This document shows positions 35,424-46,083 of a stretch of DNA of 64,000 nucleotides, piece by piece. A program made the position numbers and the translations under genes. Within the stretch, counting starts at the first letter, position 1, and every line of letters begins with the position of its first letter. The notes under the pieces are model-generated. The model made no database searches. It saw only the letters and a list, made by a program, of their open reading frames with translations, and was not told where the DNA came from. This DNA comes from Flectonema sp. DT1601. Its lineage: Eukaryota. The stretch lies in NCBI GenBank assembly GCA_964019425.1, contig OZ025798.1:1054001-1118000 (forward strand), given 5' to 3'.

Positions 35424-36953
35424 ATGTCAGACCCAAATGGAGGCACGCGCAGGAGCGCTTCCGCACCAGCTCCAGAGAGGGCCGATTCAGTTGGTAGGCG
35501 AAAGCACTTCTCAGATGGCAGTACATTGAATCTCTTCGGAAGTTTCGTACCAACTATAAAGCCGTCCGGTAGAAGGAGAAGTGTAAGCCCTCGTTGCAGT
35601 TTAAGATCCGGAGTTGTTGTCGAGGGTGCATTACCGAGTCCTCGAAGGGGTCCTGGAACAGCAGTACGACGAGATACTGTTGACCTGTTGACATATCGTG
35701 AGGGACCTATTGATTCGGTATTGCTACCAGCAGGTACACCAGGTAGGTCACCACGACAATCGATGAGAGCTCAGATGCGATCACCTTCAAATGGAAAGTC
35801 ACCTCGTAATGAAAATACTAATTGGATAACAAATCCTTTTGAAGACCACTCATGGGATGATATTAAACGTGATAAACCAAGACGTCAATCAACTATCCTT
35901 TCAGTTTGGGTAAACAAAGATAGAGACACCTGCGATGTAGACAGACCCAGGTGCCAATTTTCACCGCACCGAAAAACTCGAATTCTGAGTAGGGATTTAA
36001 TTAGCGGAATAGGTCTCTCGGATCACATGGAGAAAGACTCCCGAAGAAGAGTTCAACGTGAAGACTCTTTAACAAGTAGAGTACTGTCACCAGAAATGCT
36101 TCCTAAAGCATCAATAAAGAGAAGAAGTCGTTCTTTGGGTGCTAAAATGGAAAAAACGTATCAACGAGGACCAAGTCCCAGTAGTTACTTCAGTGGTGGG
36201 ATGTCGGATGCGGGGTCGCAGCCTCCGTCGCCTTCACCGTTTCAAAGAACGACATTTTGTAATGAAGATGGTTCTCTTATTCCGTCACCGTCACCGCAAT
36301 TAAATCCACATAATCGATACGCAAAAGGAAAATTTGACCACCTCAAGTATCGATCAAGCAGTATCCTGGACCCTTTAAATAATTCTGACACATGTCGCAA
36401 GAAATCACTTCCTTTCGTACCCTCATTTATGACTGACGGCATTGCAAGCAGACCATACGGAATTTCTCCCCCCGATCCACAGAAGCGCTTTAAAACAAGT
36501 TCTAAAAAGTATGTACCTTTTGCACAACTGTGAAATAACAAATAACCCGAGTACACTAATAACTTACCCAACAGTCCATTCAAGGAAAAGAAGATTTCGA
36601 AGAGGGGAGGATTAAATCGTGGCAGAAATGAAGGACTTCAGGTATGTATTTATAGTCACGACCTGTTACATTACTTGTGATACGATTTCTCTCAATATTC
36701 GCACAAACAGACTGCTTGTGTCCCGCGTCCTGCTGCTGATGCCCAAAGTGTTAATCGACGAAGGTATGTTCCTCTGTGAGATTATATCATGTTAGTATCG
36801 TTGTCGGAGCTGTTTGATAAAGAACAAACAAACAACAGGGATTCATCAGCGATACCAGTTCCTAAGTCGAAACCCAGCGCGACCGTCAAAAAAGGTTCGA
36901 CAACAAATAATGTTTGTAGGAAGACTTCAATAAAAGGAACGACCTGGAAATAG
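35424..36953 (+). CDS. Hypothetical Arg/Ser/Pro-rich low-complexity protein, ~439 aa, 4 exons
   Basis: Exons 35424-36508, 36575-36641, 36711-36763, 36839-36953 with three gtatgt...acag introns. The joined frame is stop-free to TAG (...GTTWK*). Confidence 0.75.
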
Positions 36954-37587
36954 CCGACCGACTGCTGGACATAAATTACAACCACAACAGTAACTGATAG
37001 TTTATCACTTACTGATTGGCTGTTGAATCCCAGCAATATTTCTCAAGCAAAAGTCGTAACAAGGTTGCTGTAGGTGAACCTGCAACAGGATCATTACTAT
37101 CTGAGTCTGCTCAAGGAACTCGAGTAGTAGTAGAAGTTATTTATGTATTGTTTTGTAGTTAAACCTTTATTAATAAAGGTTCTCCTGTATCTTTTTTGTA
37201 TCTCCGAGACATTAACCGAATAATTCTTCTTTTTTTTTTTTTAGTTTTTTTTTAGAAAACTTCTAATTCCACCGAAATTGCCCTACTCTCACAAAAAAGA
37301 ATTTTCCACCGAGATTCGAACTTGACTGAAAAAATCGACTCGCGAGTGGCTAAATTTTTTTTGTGATGAGTTGGCGAATTTGTTCTATTTTGTGGAATTA
37401 GACTTTTTCTGTAATAAATTCGATTCTTTTCAGTTTAAAGGGATTGTTGTGTTTTGTTTTAAGATTGATGTCATTATCTGTTGTTCAGTATCACAGGAGG
37501 GGATTATGCGACAAGACAGTGTTCAGAAATGTATTCATTATCTCAGCTTACTTTTTTCAGGTAAATCCTTTCCGGCAGTTTCTTAGA

Positions 37588-38388
37588 ATGCCGATGACGC
37601 TGCCACTCCTCGATCGCACCGGAAGGCGACATCGTGGGCCGAACCCATTTCTACCTACGGCAGGGGCTCATCGAAGGGTTCCTAGGCAGGCACAAAACTT
37701 ACCTATGACTCCAGACTTTTATATAAATTCTGGTTCCAGGGGCTTCTCAGGACGGGCCTTGCGAATGCGACACGGTCCCAAGAAAAGCTGTGGCATTCCA
37801 CGTGAAAGTGAGAATTTTAAAGCCTTAGTAAGTCAATACTTACTTGGTCTTGCATCTGACATGCAGTCAGAAGAGAGATCATCAAAACCTGAAGTCGGTT
37901 CAAATAATTTGAATAGCAGCGAACCGTCTGTCGTAGTTGATCTTCGTAAGCCACCAAAGAGTATCGACTACTCTCTACGAATACAGACGAATGACGATAA
38001 GAAGAGAGAGGATGAGGATGAATTAGTTTACGTCAGCTGTCCGAGGTCACCCTTTGTTCTCATAACGTCCCCGAGAAACCCTTCTCGTAGGGAGTTGTAT
38101 TTATCTGTAGATCCTGCTACAGTCATTGGGGTCCCTCAGAATGAAAAGAAATCAAGGTTCAGTTCAATTCCCTCTCATTCACTTCCCATGTCTACCACAA
38201 CATCGGTACAGGGGGGTCGAAAAGCTCTTCGTCGACTTCAGAGACACGTCACTGCTGGAAGGCCTAAAATACCTTCAACATGTCAGCTGCAACGTATCAC
38301 AGCAATGCGACAGCGAAAGAGAGCAGATCTTATCATCCCTCACGGGAAGTATCCACAGACACTGACCATTGATGATAAAGATGGATGA
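37588..38388 (+). CDS. Hypothetical basic protein, 266 aa
   Basis: ATG at 37588 downstream of ttttttcag (37560). Coding-like composition. No domain recognised. Confidence 0.65.
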   Translation: MPMTLPLLDRTGRRHRGPNPFLPTAGAHRRVPRQAQNLPMTPDFYINSGSRGFSGRALRMRHGPKKSCGIPRESENFKALVSQYLLGLASDMQSEERSSKPEVGSNNLNSSEPSVVVDLRKPPKSIDYSLRIQTNDDKKREDEDELVYVSCPRSPFVLITSPRNPSRRELYLSVDPATVIGVPQNEKKSRFSSIPSHSLPMSTTTSVQGGRKALRRLQRHVTAGRPKIPSTCQLQRITAMRQRKRADLIIPHGKYPQTLTIDDKDG

Positions 38389-38574
38389 ACTATTTGACTT
38401 AACTACAACTACCTGTAGCCTGCTCTTCTGAATTAGATTGCCTCCATTGATGGTCCTTTCCTGTTATTCAATTTACACTTCCGCGCTATTGACACGTCTT
38501 CTGACTCGTCATTCTGTTATCAAAGTGATTTGTTAATTAAATATAATGAAATCTACTTATTCGACAGCATACTT

Positions 38575-40308
38575 ATGCCTCATTGCACCTCCCTGCTGTC
38601 AGAAATTGAAGTGCAGCTCGGCAGGAAGGATGCGAGTCATAATTGCTTTCAAAATGAAATGTTTTGCGAGTTGATGGAGAGCAAAGTGGTTCACAGTGAA
38701 AGGGGATTTCGAGATCTGGCTGCGGAGTTGGAAATAAGATTGCGAGTTCTAAAGTGTGGGATTAAGGAGTTAGCTAAGGGAAGGCGCACATTCACAACAG
38801 GAAAGGAAACTTTATCCAACCCTGACAAAGATGATGATGAAGGGGAGGAACCGCTTGAGTCGATTGAAGATATAAAGTTCGCTTGTTCTGCTGCAGCACG
38901 ACTCCGTTGCGGAAATGTGCCATCAACTTTAGTGGATTTATTTTCAAGGAAGATATCAGTTGGAAAAAGCCGACCAGTTGAAAAGGAACGTTCAGACATC
39001 GAGTGGGCTGCTGCAACAAATTTACCTGACGCGGCATGGGCTGCAAAGCAACACAACTACAACAGGCATAGCATCCAAACAACTTTATTCGATGACACAT
39101 TAAATGAAAAACTATCTGCAATAATGAACCAAAAGGAAGAACAATACGACTGGGATCAGATCAGTCAGCAGGTGATAACAAACGAAGGTATCGACGCTGA
39201 TAAAAGTTATGAGAGAATGCTTGGGATCTCACTGCAGGGAGGAATCAACAAGGTACCAAAGAAGACTGTATTCTCATCATACTGTCCCCCTGCGATGTTG
39301 GAGGAAAGAAAGCAACAAGAACCTGTCACTGCTGAATCGTTTTTGCAAAACACTGATAGTGAACAACCAACAGAAGAACAATCAGATCTCTGTAAGCAAT
39401 ATACTAGAGCAGGTGGGGTGTTTAGTACTTACAGTTCAATCCCTCCTATGGCTGTCCCATTCCCTGAAGATAAAGTTCGATCAAGATTAAATGAACGAAA
39501 AGTAGCAAGAGCAGCAAAGAAAGCTTTGCAAACCCGAAGAGATACAAAGACAGTAACTCAAACAGAAAGAGTACTATCGGTACTCACCCCAGTGATATCT
39601 GATGTTCCTACAAGTAGTAAGTCTGGTAGAGTTAGACTAAAGCAATCACCAGTTGATAATTGTATTAATTATATAACAGCTCCAATCGATTCTTCAATCA
39701 GAAACATAAACAACCAAATAGACTGCAACATCAACTACAATAACTTTACGGAACTTTATTCATACAATGAACTACAACATAATAATAATTATGAATTGTT
39801 AGTCGATGTAAAACAACTTAGAGAGGCTATGTCGAAAGAAGATACGAAATACTTGATAGGTAGTTTTGTACCTGATGATACAATAGTTAACAATGAAGAA
39901 ATAGAAGAGGAAGTTGTTGATGTTCTCGTTGATGATGATGAGTGTGAAGCAGTAGCAGAATATCCATCACAAACTAACAAAAGAAAATGGTTGGAACTGA
40001 GCGACCAACTCAGAGATAGCATTCAAAAAATAGTTAAAGTCAATCGCAGATATTCCATATCAAAAATCTCGGGAATTCTAACAAAACTATTAAACAATTC
40101 CTCCTCTAACACATCCCTGACAGCAGTGCATGAATTCGCTCAAAGACAAGATCCCACAGTCACAGTCACACCCCAGCTTATATTCACAGCCATAGTCCAC
40201 CATGCCCATCACAATAACTATGATGGGAAACATGCACCGATTAAACTCACATCTGGGGATCAAGGAACAGATGTACGAATAATAAAAGTAGATGAAAATC
40301 AAGAATAA
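38575..40308 (+). CDS. Hypothetical protein, 577 aa; possible divergent kleisin (condensin H/Barren-like)
   Basis: ATG at 38575. The ORF itself is solid. The kleisin call rests only on VDVKQLR and the C-terminal VTPQLIFTAIVHHAH...IKL...DVRI, which resemble CAP-H winged-helix motifs. Confidence 0.7.
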   Translation: MPHCTSLLSEIEVQLGRKDASHNCFQNEMFCELMESKVVHSERGFRDLAAELEIRLRVLKCGIKELAKGRRTFTTGKETLSNPDKDDDEGEEPLESIEDIKFACSAAARLRCGNVPSTLVDLFSRKISVGKSRPVEKERSDIEWAAATNLPDAAWAAKQHNYNRHSIQTTLFDDTLNEKLSAIMNQKEEQYDWDQISQQVITNEGIDADKSYERMLGISLQGGINKVPKKTVFSSYCPPAMLEERKQQEPVTAESFLQNTDSEQPTEEQSDLCKQYTRAGGVFSTYSSIPPMAVPFPEDKVRSRLNERKVARAAKKALQTRRDTKTVTQTERVLSVLTPVISDVPTSSKSGRVRLKQSPVDNCINYITAPIDSSIRNINNQIDCNINYNNFTELYSYNELQHNNNYELLVDVKQLREAMSKEDTKYLIGSFVPDDTIVNNEEIEEEVVDVLVDDDECEAVAEYPSQTNKRKWLELSDQLRDSIQKIVKVNRRYSISKISGILTKLLNNSSSNTSLTAVHEFAQRQDPTVTVTPQLIFTAIVHHAHHNNYDGKHAPIKLTSGDQGTDVRIIKVDENQE

Positions 40309-40345
40309 GATGTCAACTAACTTTCACCTCCCTCATTTTTTTTTG

Positions 40346-40470
40346 TACCGACGTAGTAGGAGAAGAAACTACAGATTGATGAAAGCCGATATTTCTTATG
40401 GCCATGATTTATTTTCCCCGTGCTACCAGTGCGTTCAACGAAAATATAAGGCTAATCTGAATAGTTTTTT
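40346..40470 (+). repeat. Dispersed hairpin-forming element, copy A (MITE-like or structured RNA)
   Basis: Shares ccgacgtagt-ggagaagaaact...gaaagccgatat...ttccccgtgc...tcaacgaaa...aaggct-atctgaatagt with 57894-58011 and 60210-60320. Confidence 0.85.
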
Positions 40471-40742
40471 TTAAAAAAGTTTTAATGTTTTTTTTTTTTT
40501 TGAAAGAAAGTTTCGCGCAGGTTAAATGCGTCTCACCATCTCATTAAATTTTACCATCTCGCATATTGTTTTTTTTTTTTTTAAAGTTGTAATAGTGTAT
40601 AGATATTCTTCTATTTGCTCTTTACAGTTTCAATCAACCAATTAATGGAAATAAGTAGTCTTTAGTGATCTCCTAAACTGATGTGATGTGTTTCTTTAAA
40701 GTATAAAGTTCTCTTTCATTAGATAACAACAAAAACAAACAA

Positions 40743-42443
40743 ATGGACACCCAAATAGAAAAGGATTTGGCTTCCCTAAGAAAGGGGCTCCGCCCATCAA
40801 CGGCACCAGCCGGTGAAAGTGCTCTCCCACTTGAGAGAAAAACATCGGGAAAGACTGTAAAGAAGAAGGCTAAAGCAGCGGGTGCAGCAACTGGAGTTAA
40901 GAAAGCAACTGTTCCAAAAGGCCCATCTCTAGGAGTAAAGACGGGAACGAAGACAACAGCGTTTTCAAAGGGAAAAGCTGCTCCTGGAGCAAAGAAGGAG
41001 GCTGATCCTCTTGCAATGGCAAAGGCTGAAATCGCTTCTTTAAACAAAGAGCTTGATAAGGAACAGTCGAAGTCCGACGCTCGAGTTGAAAACCTCACAA
41101 AGGAAGCAAACGCTCGTATGGACGAATACGAGTGCGAAATAATGCGCTTCGAGAAGGACCTTAAAGAAAAAGTCAGACTGATTAAGGACATTGAAAACGA
41201 GCGTGACATGAGGTACCAGAAATACGATTTGCAAATAAGAGACATTGAAATCGCCAGAGACAAGAGATACCAAGAGTACGACCAGTTTTTGGCCGATGGT
41301 GAAAACGAGAGAGCTGAGCTTCACAACGCTCTGATTGAACTGAAGGGAAATATCAGAGTTTTTGCAAGAGTGAGACCAGTCTTGACAGGAGAGCGTAAAA
41401 CAAGAGTAGCTGACTGGATTGATCACTTTAAGTTCCCAGAAGGAACTGATCATCGTGGACTTGATGTTGTAGAAATCCCTGGACACAAGAGTGTAATGGG
41501 TAAAGAAGAACAGAGCAAGAAAATGCCGTTCAAGTTTGACAAAGTGTTCGACCCAGCGTCATCACAGGAGAAGGTATTTGGTGACATCAGTCTGTTGGTA
41601 CAGTCAGCTTTAGATGGTTACAAAGTGTGTCTATTCGCCTACGGTCAAACAGGATCAGGTAAGACATACACGATGGAAGGACCTGACCCAGGTGTTAACT
41701 CTGCTCAGTCTGGTATGATCCCACGTGCTGTACGTCAGATCTTTGATAACTGTTCTAGGAAGTCAAGGCAATCAGGATTCAAATATAAACTTTTTTGCTC
41801 ATTTGTTCAAATTTACAACGAGGCCATCCGCGACTTGATGAACCCCCAGGAGTTCTACGAAGCCGGACCAGGTAAACAAGAAGTAAAACACGAAATCAGA
41901 AACACCGCAGAAGAGTCAATTATCACAAACATTAAAGAAGAGGAAGTTACTTCTGCTGATTCCGTGTTTAAGCTCCTCCAAAAGGCACACGACAATAGAA
42001 AGACTTCAGCCACTAAGTGCAATGAAGTATCTTCTCGTTCACACTCTATCTTTATTATGAAGATTAAGGGTTGGAATGACGCTACTCAACAAGAAATGAC
42101 TGGTCAGCTTAACTTAATTGACTTGGCGGGTTCTGAGAGATTGAGCAAGTCCCAGGCTGAGGGTGACAGATTAAAAGAAACCCAGCACATCAACAAATCG
42201 TTATCCTGTTTGGGAGATGTTATTGTTGCTTTGGGTAAGGGTGCTAGCAGTGTCCCATTCAGACAGAGTAAGTTGACTCACATTTTACAGCCATCTATGA
42301 CTAACCAGTCAAAGTTACTTATGTTTGTAAACATCAACCCTGTTCCTGAATCTCTTAACGAGTCTATTGTCTCTCTTCGATTTGCTGCCAAGGTTAACGA
42401 CTGCGAAATTGGAATCGCAAAGAAGAAAATCTCCAGCAAATAA
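40743..42443 (+). CDS. KIFC1: Kinesin-14 (C-terminal motor, KIFC1/Kar3/Ncd-like), 566 aa
   Basis: Basic N-terminal tail, coiled coil, neck LHNALIELKGNIRVFARVRP, P-loop GQTGSGKT, switch I SSRSH, switch II DLAGSE, motor at the C-terminus. Symbol is a family-level call. Confidence 0.95.
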   Translation: MDTQIEKDLASLRKGLRPSTAPAGESALPLERKTSGKTVKKKAKAAGAATGVKKATVPKGPSLGVKTGTKTTAFSKGKAAPGAKKEADPLAMAKAEIASLNKELDKEQSKSDARVENLTKEANARMDEYECEIMRFEKDLKEKVRLIKDIENERDMRYQKYDLQIRDIEIARDKRYQEYDQFLADGENERAELHNALIELKGNIRVFARVRPVLTGERKTRVADWIDHFKFPEGTDHRGLDVVEIPGHKSVMGKEEQSKKMPFKFDKVFDPASSQEKVFGDISLLVQSALDGYKVCLFAYGQTGSGKTYTMEGPDPGVNSAQSGMIPRAVRQIFDNCSRKSRQSGFKYKLFCSFVQIYNEAIRDLMNPQEFYEAGPGKQEVKHEIRNTAEESIITNIKEEEVTSADSVFKLLQKAHDNRKTSATKCNEVSSRSHSIFIMKIKGWNDATQQEMTGQLNLIDLAGSERLSKSQAEGDRLKETQHINKSLSCLGDVIVALGKGASSVPFRQSKLTHILQPSMTNQSKLLMFVNINPVPESLNESIVSLRFAAKVNDCEIGIAKKKISSK

Positions 42444-43854
42444 AACTATTCACGAGAGAACGTGTTACCCACGAAGCGAGTGATCAGCGATCCAACGGTG
42501 ACGTGTAGTCTCCCTACACGTGAGATGCGAGGACGGTTTCGTTTCTTAAAAAAGTGTTATCAACCAGCCCAATATTCGATACGCGATTAAATGCCATTCA
42601 TGTTTTGTTATTTATGAGGTGGTTTCATCTGAACGGCCATAAAGGAAAAGAAAATAGGGGAAAAAAAAAAAAAAAAAAAAGATAAAAATAAAAATAAATG
42701 GGGAGGAAAAAGACATTAAAAAAGAAAAAACTCCCATGGTAATTATGTTGAGACGAGGCTCGACTAAAATGGAAAAAGTTAATGAGGATACCAAAATAAG
42801 ACAGGCCAAGTAGAAAAAAAAAAAAGAAAAACAAGGAAAGAACGCTGGTCATTTCTCGTTCGCAGATTTTTGTTTGGAATATTGCCTTGTGGCAAGTCTT
42901 TTGGTTTTGTGTTTTTTGTCGAATTCGCATAAAATCTTTCTCTTTTACCACTGCCCTCATTTCAGATAGCAAACAAGAAAAAAGAAAAAAAAAAAAAAGA
43001 GAGAGAAAAAAAACAGTTTTGAATGGGGCAAAAAAAAAAAAAAAAAAAAGAAAACATTAAAATACACCACCTGAAGCCTTTTACTAGGTAGCCTGCACGC
43101 TCCTCCTCTTGTCCCCTGAAATTGGTCGCTTTGTTGTTGCTGTGCAATTATTGAAGTAGTATTGTTATATACTACCAGGCGGACTACTACTATTCTAGGT
43201 AAAGAGCTCTCCCCGAATGAAAGAGGTTCTGCGCAACAAGTGGAGAGATATATTGGTCTTCCTAGCAGGTCTCATACTCCGCATTCACATTTCCCCCCTC
43301 TTTTGCGATGATACGGTTTTGCATCCCTCTCTTGACGGCGATCACCCGCGGAGATATTGGAGCAGCCTTTAATTTACTTTTTTTTTTATTTTTTTTTATT
43401 TTATATTTTTAGCGCAATCCTCTTTTCTTCTTCTTCTTCTTCATTTTTCTTTAACTTATATATCGAGGTAACCTTGATCAGTCTACTGGTCTTGTTTTGT
43501 AAATTGAAACTTCAGCTACTTGCAGTTGATATGAAATACTAGTTGCTGTCGCGATAAAACGCACCTTGTTCGCTTTCTATTCGAGGAAAGGAGTTGCTGT
43601 ACATTGGTTAACCTTGTTATTTTTGTTTCTTGATGTTGTTGCGCACATGAATTGGCGAAAACAAACATGTTTTTGGGGGCAAAGTCAAAGTAATGGAAAA
43701 CCCAAATCAAATATAAACTATTCACTGACAGCTGTAAATAAAAAATAAATGAACGGTGTTTTTGTGAGGTGGAGACAGAATGGAAATCCCTCATTGAAAT
43801 GACAGGATATGGTGATAGTGTTTAGAAATTATTATTCTCAGCGTTCCAAATAAA

Positions 43855-45678
43855 ATGCCGTCAGACACAGAGACCTCAATATCACTCGGAAGTATCAGCG
43901 ATGATGATGACAACAGTAGCAGCACTAAAAGTATCAATCGGTTTATTGACGATGAGGCAGAAGAAGTAGCAGAAAATGAAGAAGAAGATGAAGAAGCAGA
44001 TGCTGAAGAAGAGAACATGAACGACTTGGCGCAGTTCGATGATTTTTCATTCGCCCAATCCTTAGAAAGAGAATCGAGAGCCAGAAGTGAGAAGAGTACG
44101 AGAGCAACAGCACCAGCACCAAACATGGATGACGACGAAGGGTTCGCTTCACGAGCGCTTTCAGTTGACGGCATCAGCTACACAGCTGCTTCTGAAGATG
44201 ATTTTGGACCTCCTTCTCTCCCAACTGACGATCAACTGCGCACAGAACGCGCAGCTTTAGAAGGTTCGACTCGACTTTCTCTAGAGCTTCGCTCACTTGA
44301 ACTAATTGGTCTCAATATTCTAAGAAATGAACCTCTAGCTCAAGACTTCTTAGTTTGGTTGAGAAAGTTATTAAACGTCAGACACTCAGAATCAATCAGA
44401 CATGCTTTAATAACAAAAGTTGGAGCTCAAATGAGAGCTGCTTACCTTTACGACAGAGTACTCAGACGGTACTGGAGTGGGAAACAAAAGAAACAACACC
44501 TGTCACAGGAAACACAACAGTCAGCTGACACAGGCAGCTACAATAATGTGCCTTTTTCAGTTTATTCAGCGGAAACTATCGCAAAAGTTCCATTAATCTC
44601 AAAAGAGACGGCGCTTATCGGAAGCGACCTGTCTGAGGAGATGGCTGCGACTATTGGAAACAGAGCAACTGGAAAGATTATTCCAAAAAACAAATTATCT
44701 CCAGAACCTGACACAGAAGAAGCCTTAGTCATTATCTGCGCAACCGCATTAGAGATAATTGAAAGTGAAGTTGCGTCTGGTACGTATGCCGCTAGCGAAG
44801 GTCAAATTCGTCTAAGAGCGTTTCTTGCGCCAGCTCACTCCGGAATGGTGATAACTGGAATAGTGAAGAGTTTTATTAAACCAAATTACTCAATTGATAA
44901 ACCTATTTTTAAAACTATGGGAACAGCCATTATCAGTCTCGGAGAATGTGATGTCCCAGTCGAATTTGGAGCTGAGGTCCCGGAGAAGAGTTTAGCACTT
45001 GGTAGAATTTGGGTTTTAAAAATGATTAAGGACACCGAAAAGAACTACCGCTGGTGTCTAAAATTCGATCAAGACCCATACTTGTATGGAGGTGAGTTTG
45101 ACTCTGCGGATGTTACTGCTTTAACACCACAGCGTATCTCAGACATGTCAAGAAATAGAAAAGAAACAAATCCTCGAGAACCACAAAACTGGGCTGCATC
45201 AACCGATAAAAAGACTGGTTGGCGTTGTGTTATTCAATTACCAGAAACGGGATATTGGGATCCAGAGAACTACTCAGACTTGATGGGGGTTCACAACATC
45301 AATGGGGTTGATGTTCATATCTCTACTTCGAACAATAAACAAAAACGTGGAGACACTACAGCTGTATTGCTATACAGCGAACATCAAAAGGGAAAAGGAA
45401 AGAAGATAAAAACATCGCAGAGATGTACTCTTCGACTAACTCACAACAGAGAACTGTACGAGTCGGTTGTTTCAGTTCCGCATTTGAAGAATCAAACGCT
45501 TGCTTCAAAATTTCTTGCAAGAAAGACTGCTCGTTGTATCGAAGTAATAATTCAGATGCATCAGTCTGGTATATCACCGAAGGCTGGAACTTTGAGTTTT
45601 GTCGAAGGAAAGTTAGAGCATGACGATGACTTGTCTCTCATTGAAGAGCCTCCTATTAAGAGATTGAAACCAGAGTGA
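43855..45678 (+). CDS. Hypothetical, probably nuclear protein with acidic N-terminus, 607 aa
   Basis: ATG ORF after ttctcag. Acidic tract with NRFIDDEAEE. C-terminal PPIKRLK resembles an NLS. Confidence 0.8.
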   Translation: MPSDTETSISLGSISDDDDNSSSTKSINRFIDDEAEEVAENEEEDEEADAEEENMNDLAQFDDFSFAQSLERESRARSEKSTRATAPAPNMDDDEGFASRALSVDGISYTAASEDDFGPPSLPTDDQLRTERAALEGSTRLSLELRSLELIGLNILRNEPLAQDFLVWLRKLLNVRHSESIRHALITKVGAQMRAAYLYDRVLRRYWSGKQKKQHLSQETQQSADTGSYNNVPFSVYSAETIAKVPLISKETALIGSDLSEEMAATIGNRATGKIIPKNKLSPEPDTEEALVIICATALEIIESEVASGTYAASEGQIRLRAFLAPAHSGMVITGIVKSFIKPNYSIDKPIFKTMGTAIISLGECDVPVEFGAEVPEKSLALGRIWVLKMIKDTEKNYRWCLKFDQDPYLYGGEFDSADVTALTPQRISDMSRNRKETNPREPQNWAASTDKKTGWRCVIQLPETGYWDPENYSDLMGVHNINGVDVHISTSNNKQKRGDTTAVLLYSEHQKGKGKKIKTSQRCTLRLTHNRELYESVVSVPHLKNQTLASKFLARKTARCIEVIIQMHQSGISPKAGTLSFVEGKLEHDDDLSLIEEPPIKRLKPE

Positions 45679-46083
45679 CCAACACTGAGATAGTTTTGGA
45701 CCACGTCCCTCATGCATTATTTCTTAATCTGTTATGTCATCCGTTTTTCATCATTTTCTTATAGTGATGTGTGCCTGCCAGTAAGTCAAAGTTTACAAAA
45801 AAAAAAAAAAAAAAGAAAAAAAACAGAATGAAAACCTAAAAATAGTACAAAAAACGAGTAAACAAGGGAGGAAAAAAAAAAAAAAAAAAAAGAATTTTTT
45901 TATCACGATTAACGAAAGAATTTGAGTGTCTAAAACAGAGACGTTGCTTTAGATTTGAAGCAGCGTCGTGACTTTATCATACATGTATTCATTTCCGCCC
46001 CTCGATATGGGGATTCGATTATTCTTTATATAAGTTTATATGTAATTTATTGTTTTTATTCTCATCACAGATATTCAAATAGA

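Noticed and set aside
45955..46083. ORF-track N-terminal extensions from TTG/GTG starts (also 9475, 24992, 37444, 38530, 52974)
   Set aside because: This is eukaryotic sequence. The extensions cross acceptor-like AG tracts, or at 9475 fall inside a spliced exon, so ATG starts were used.
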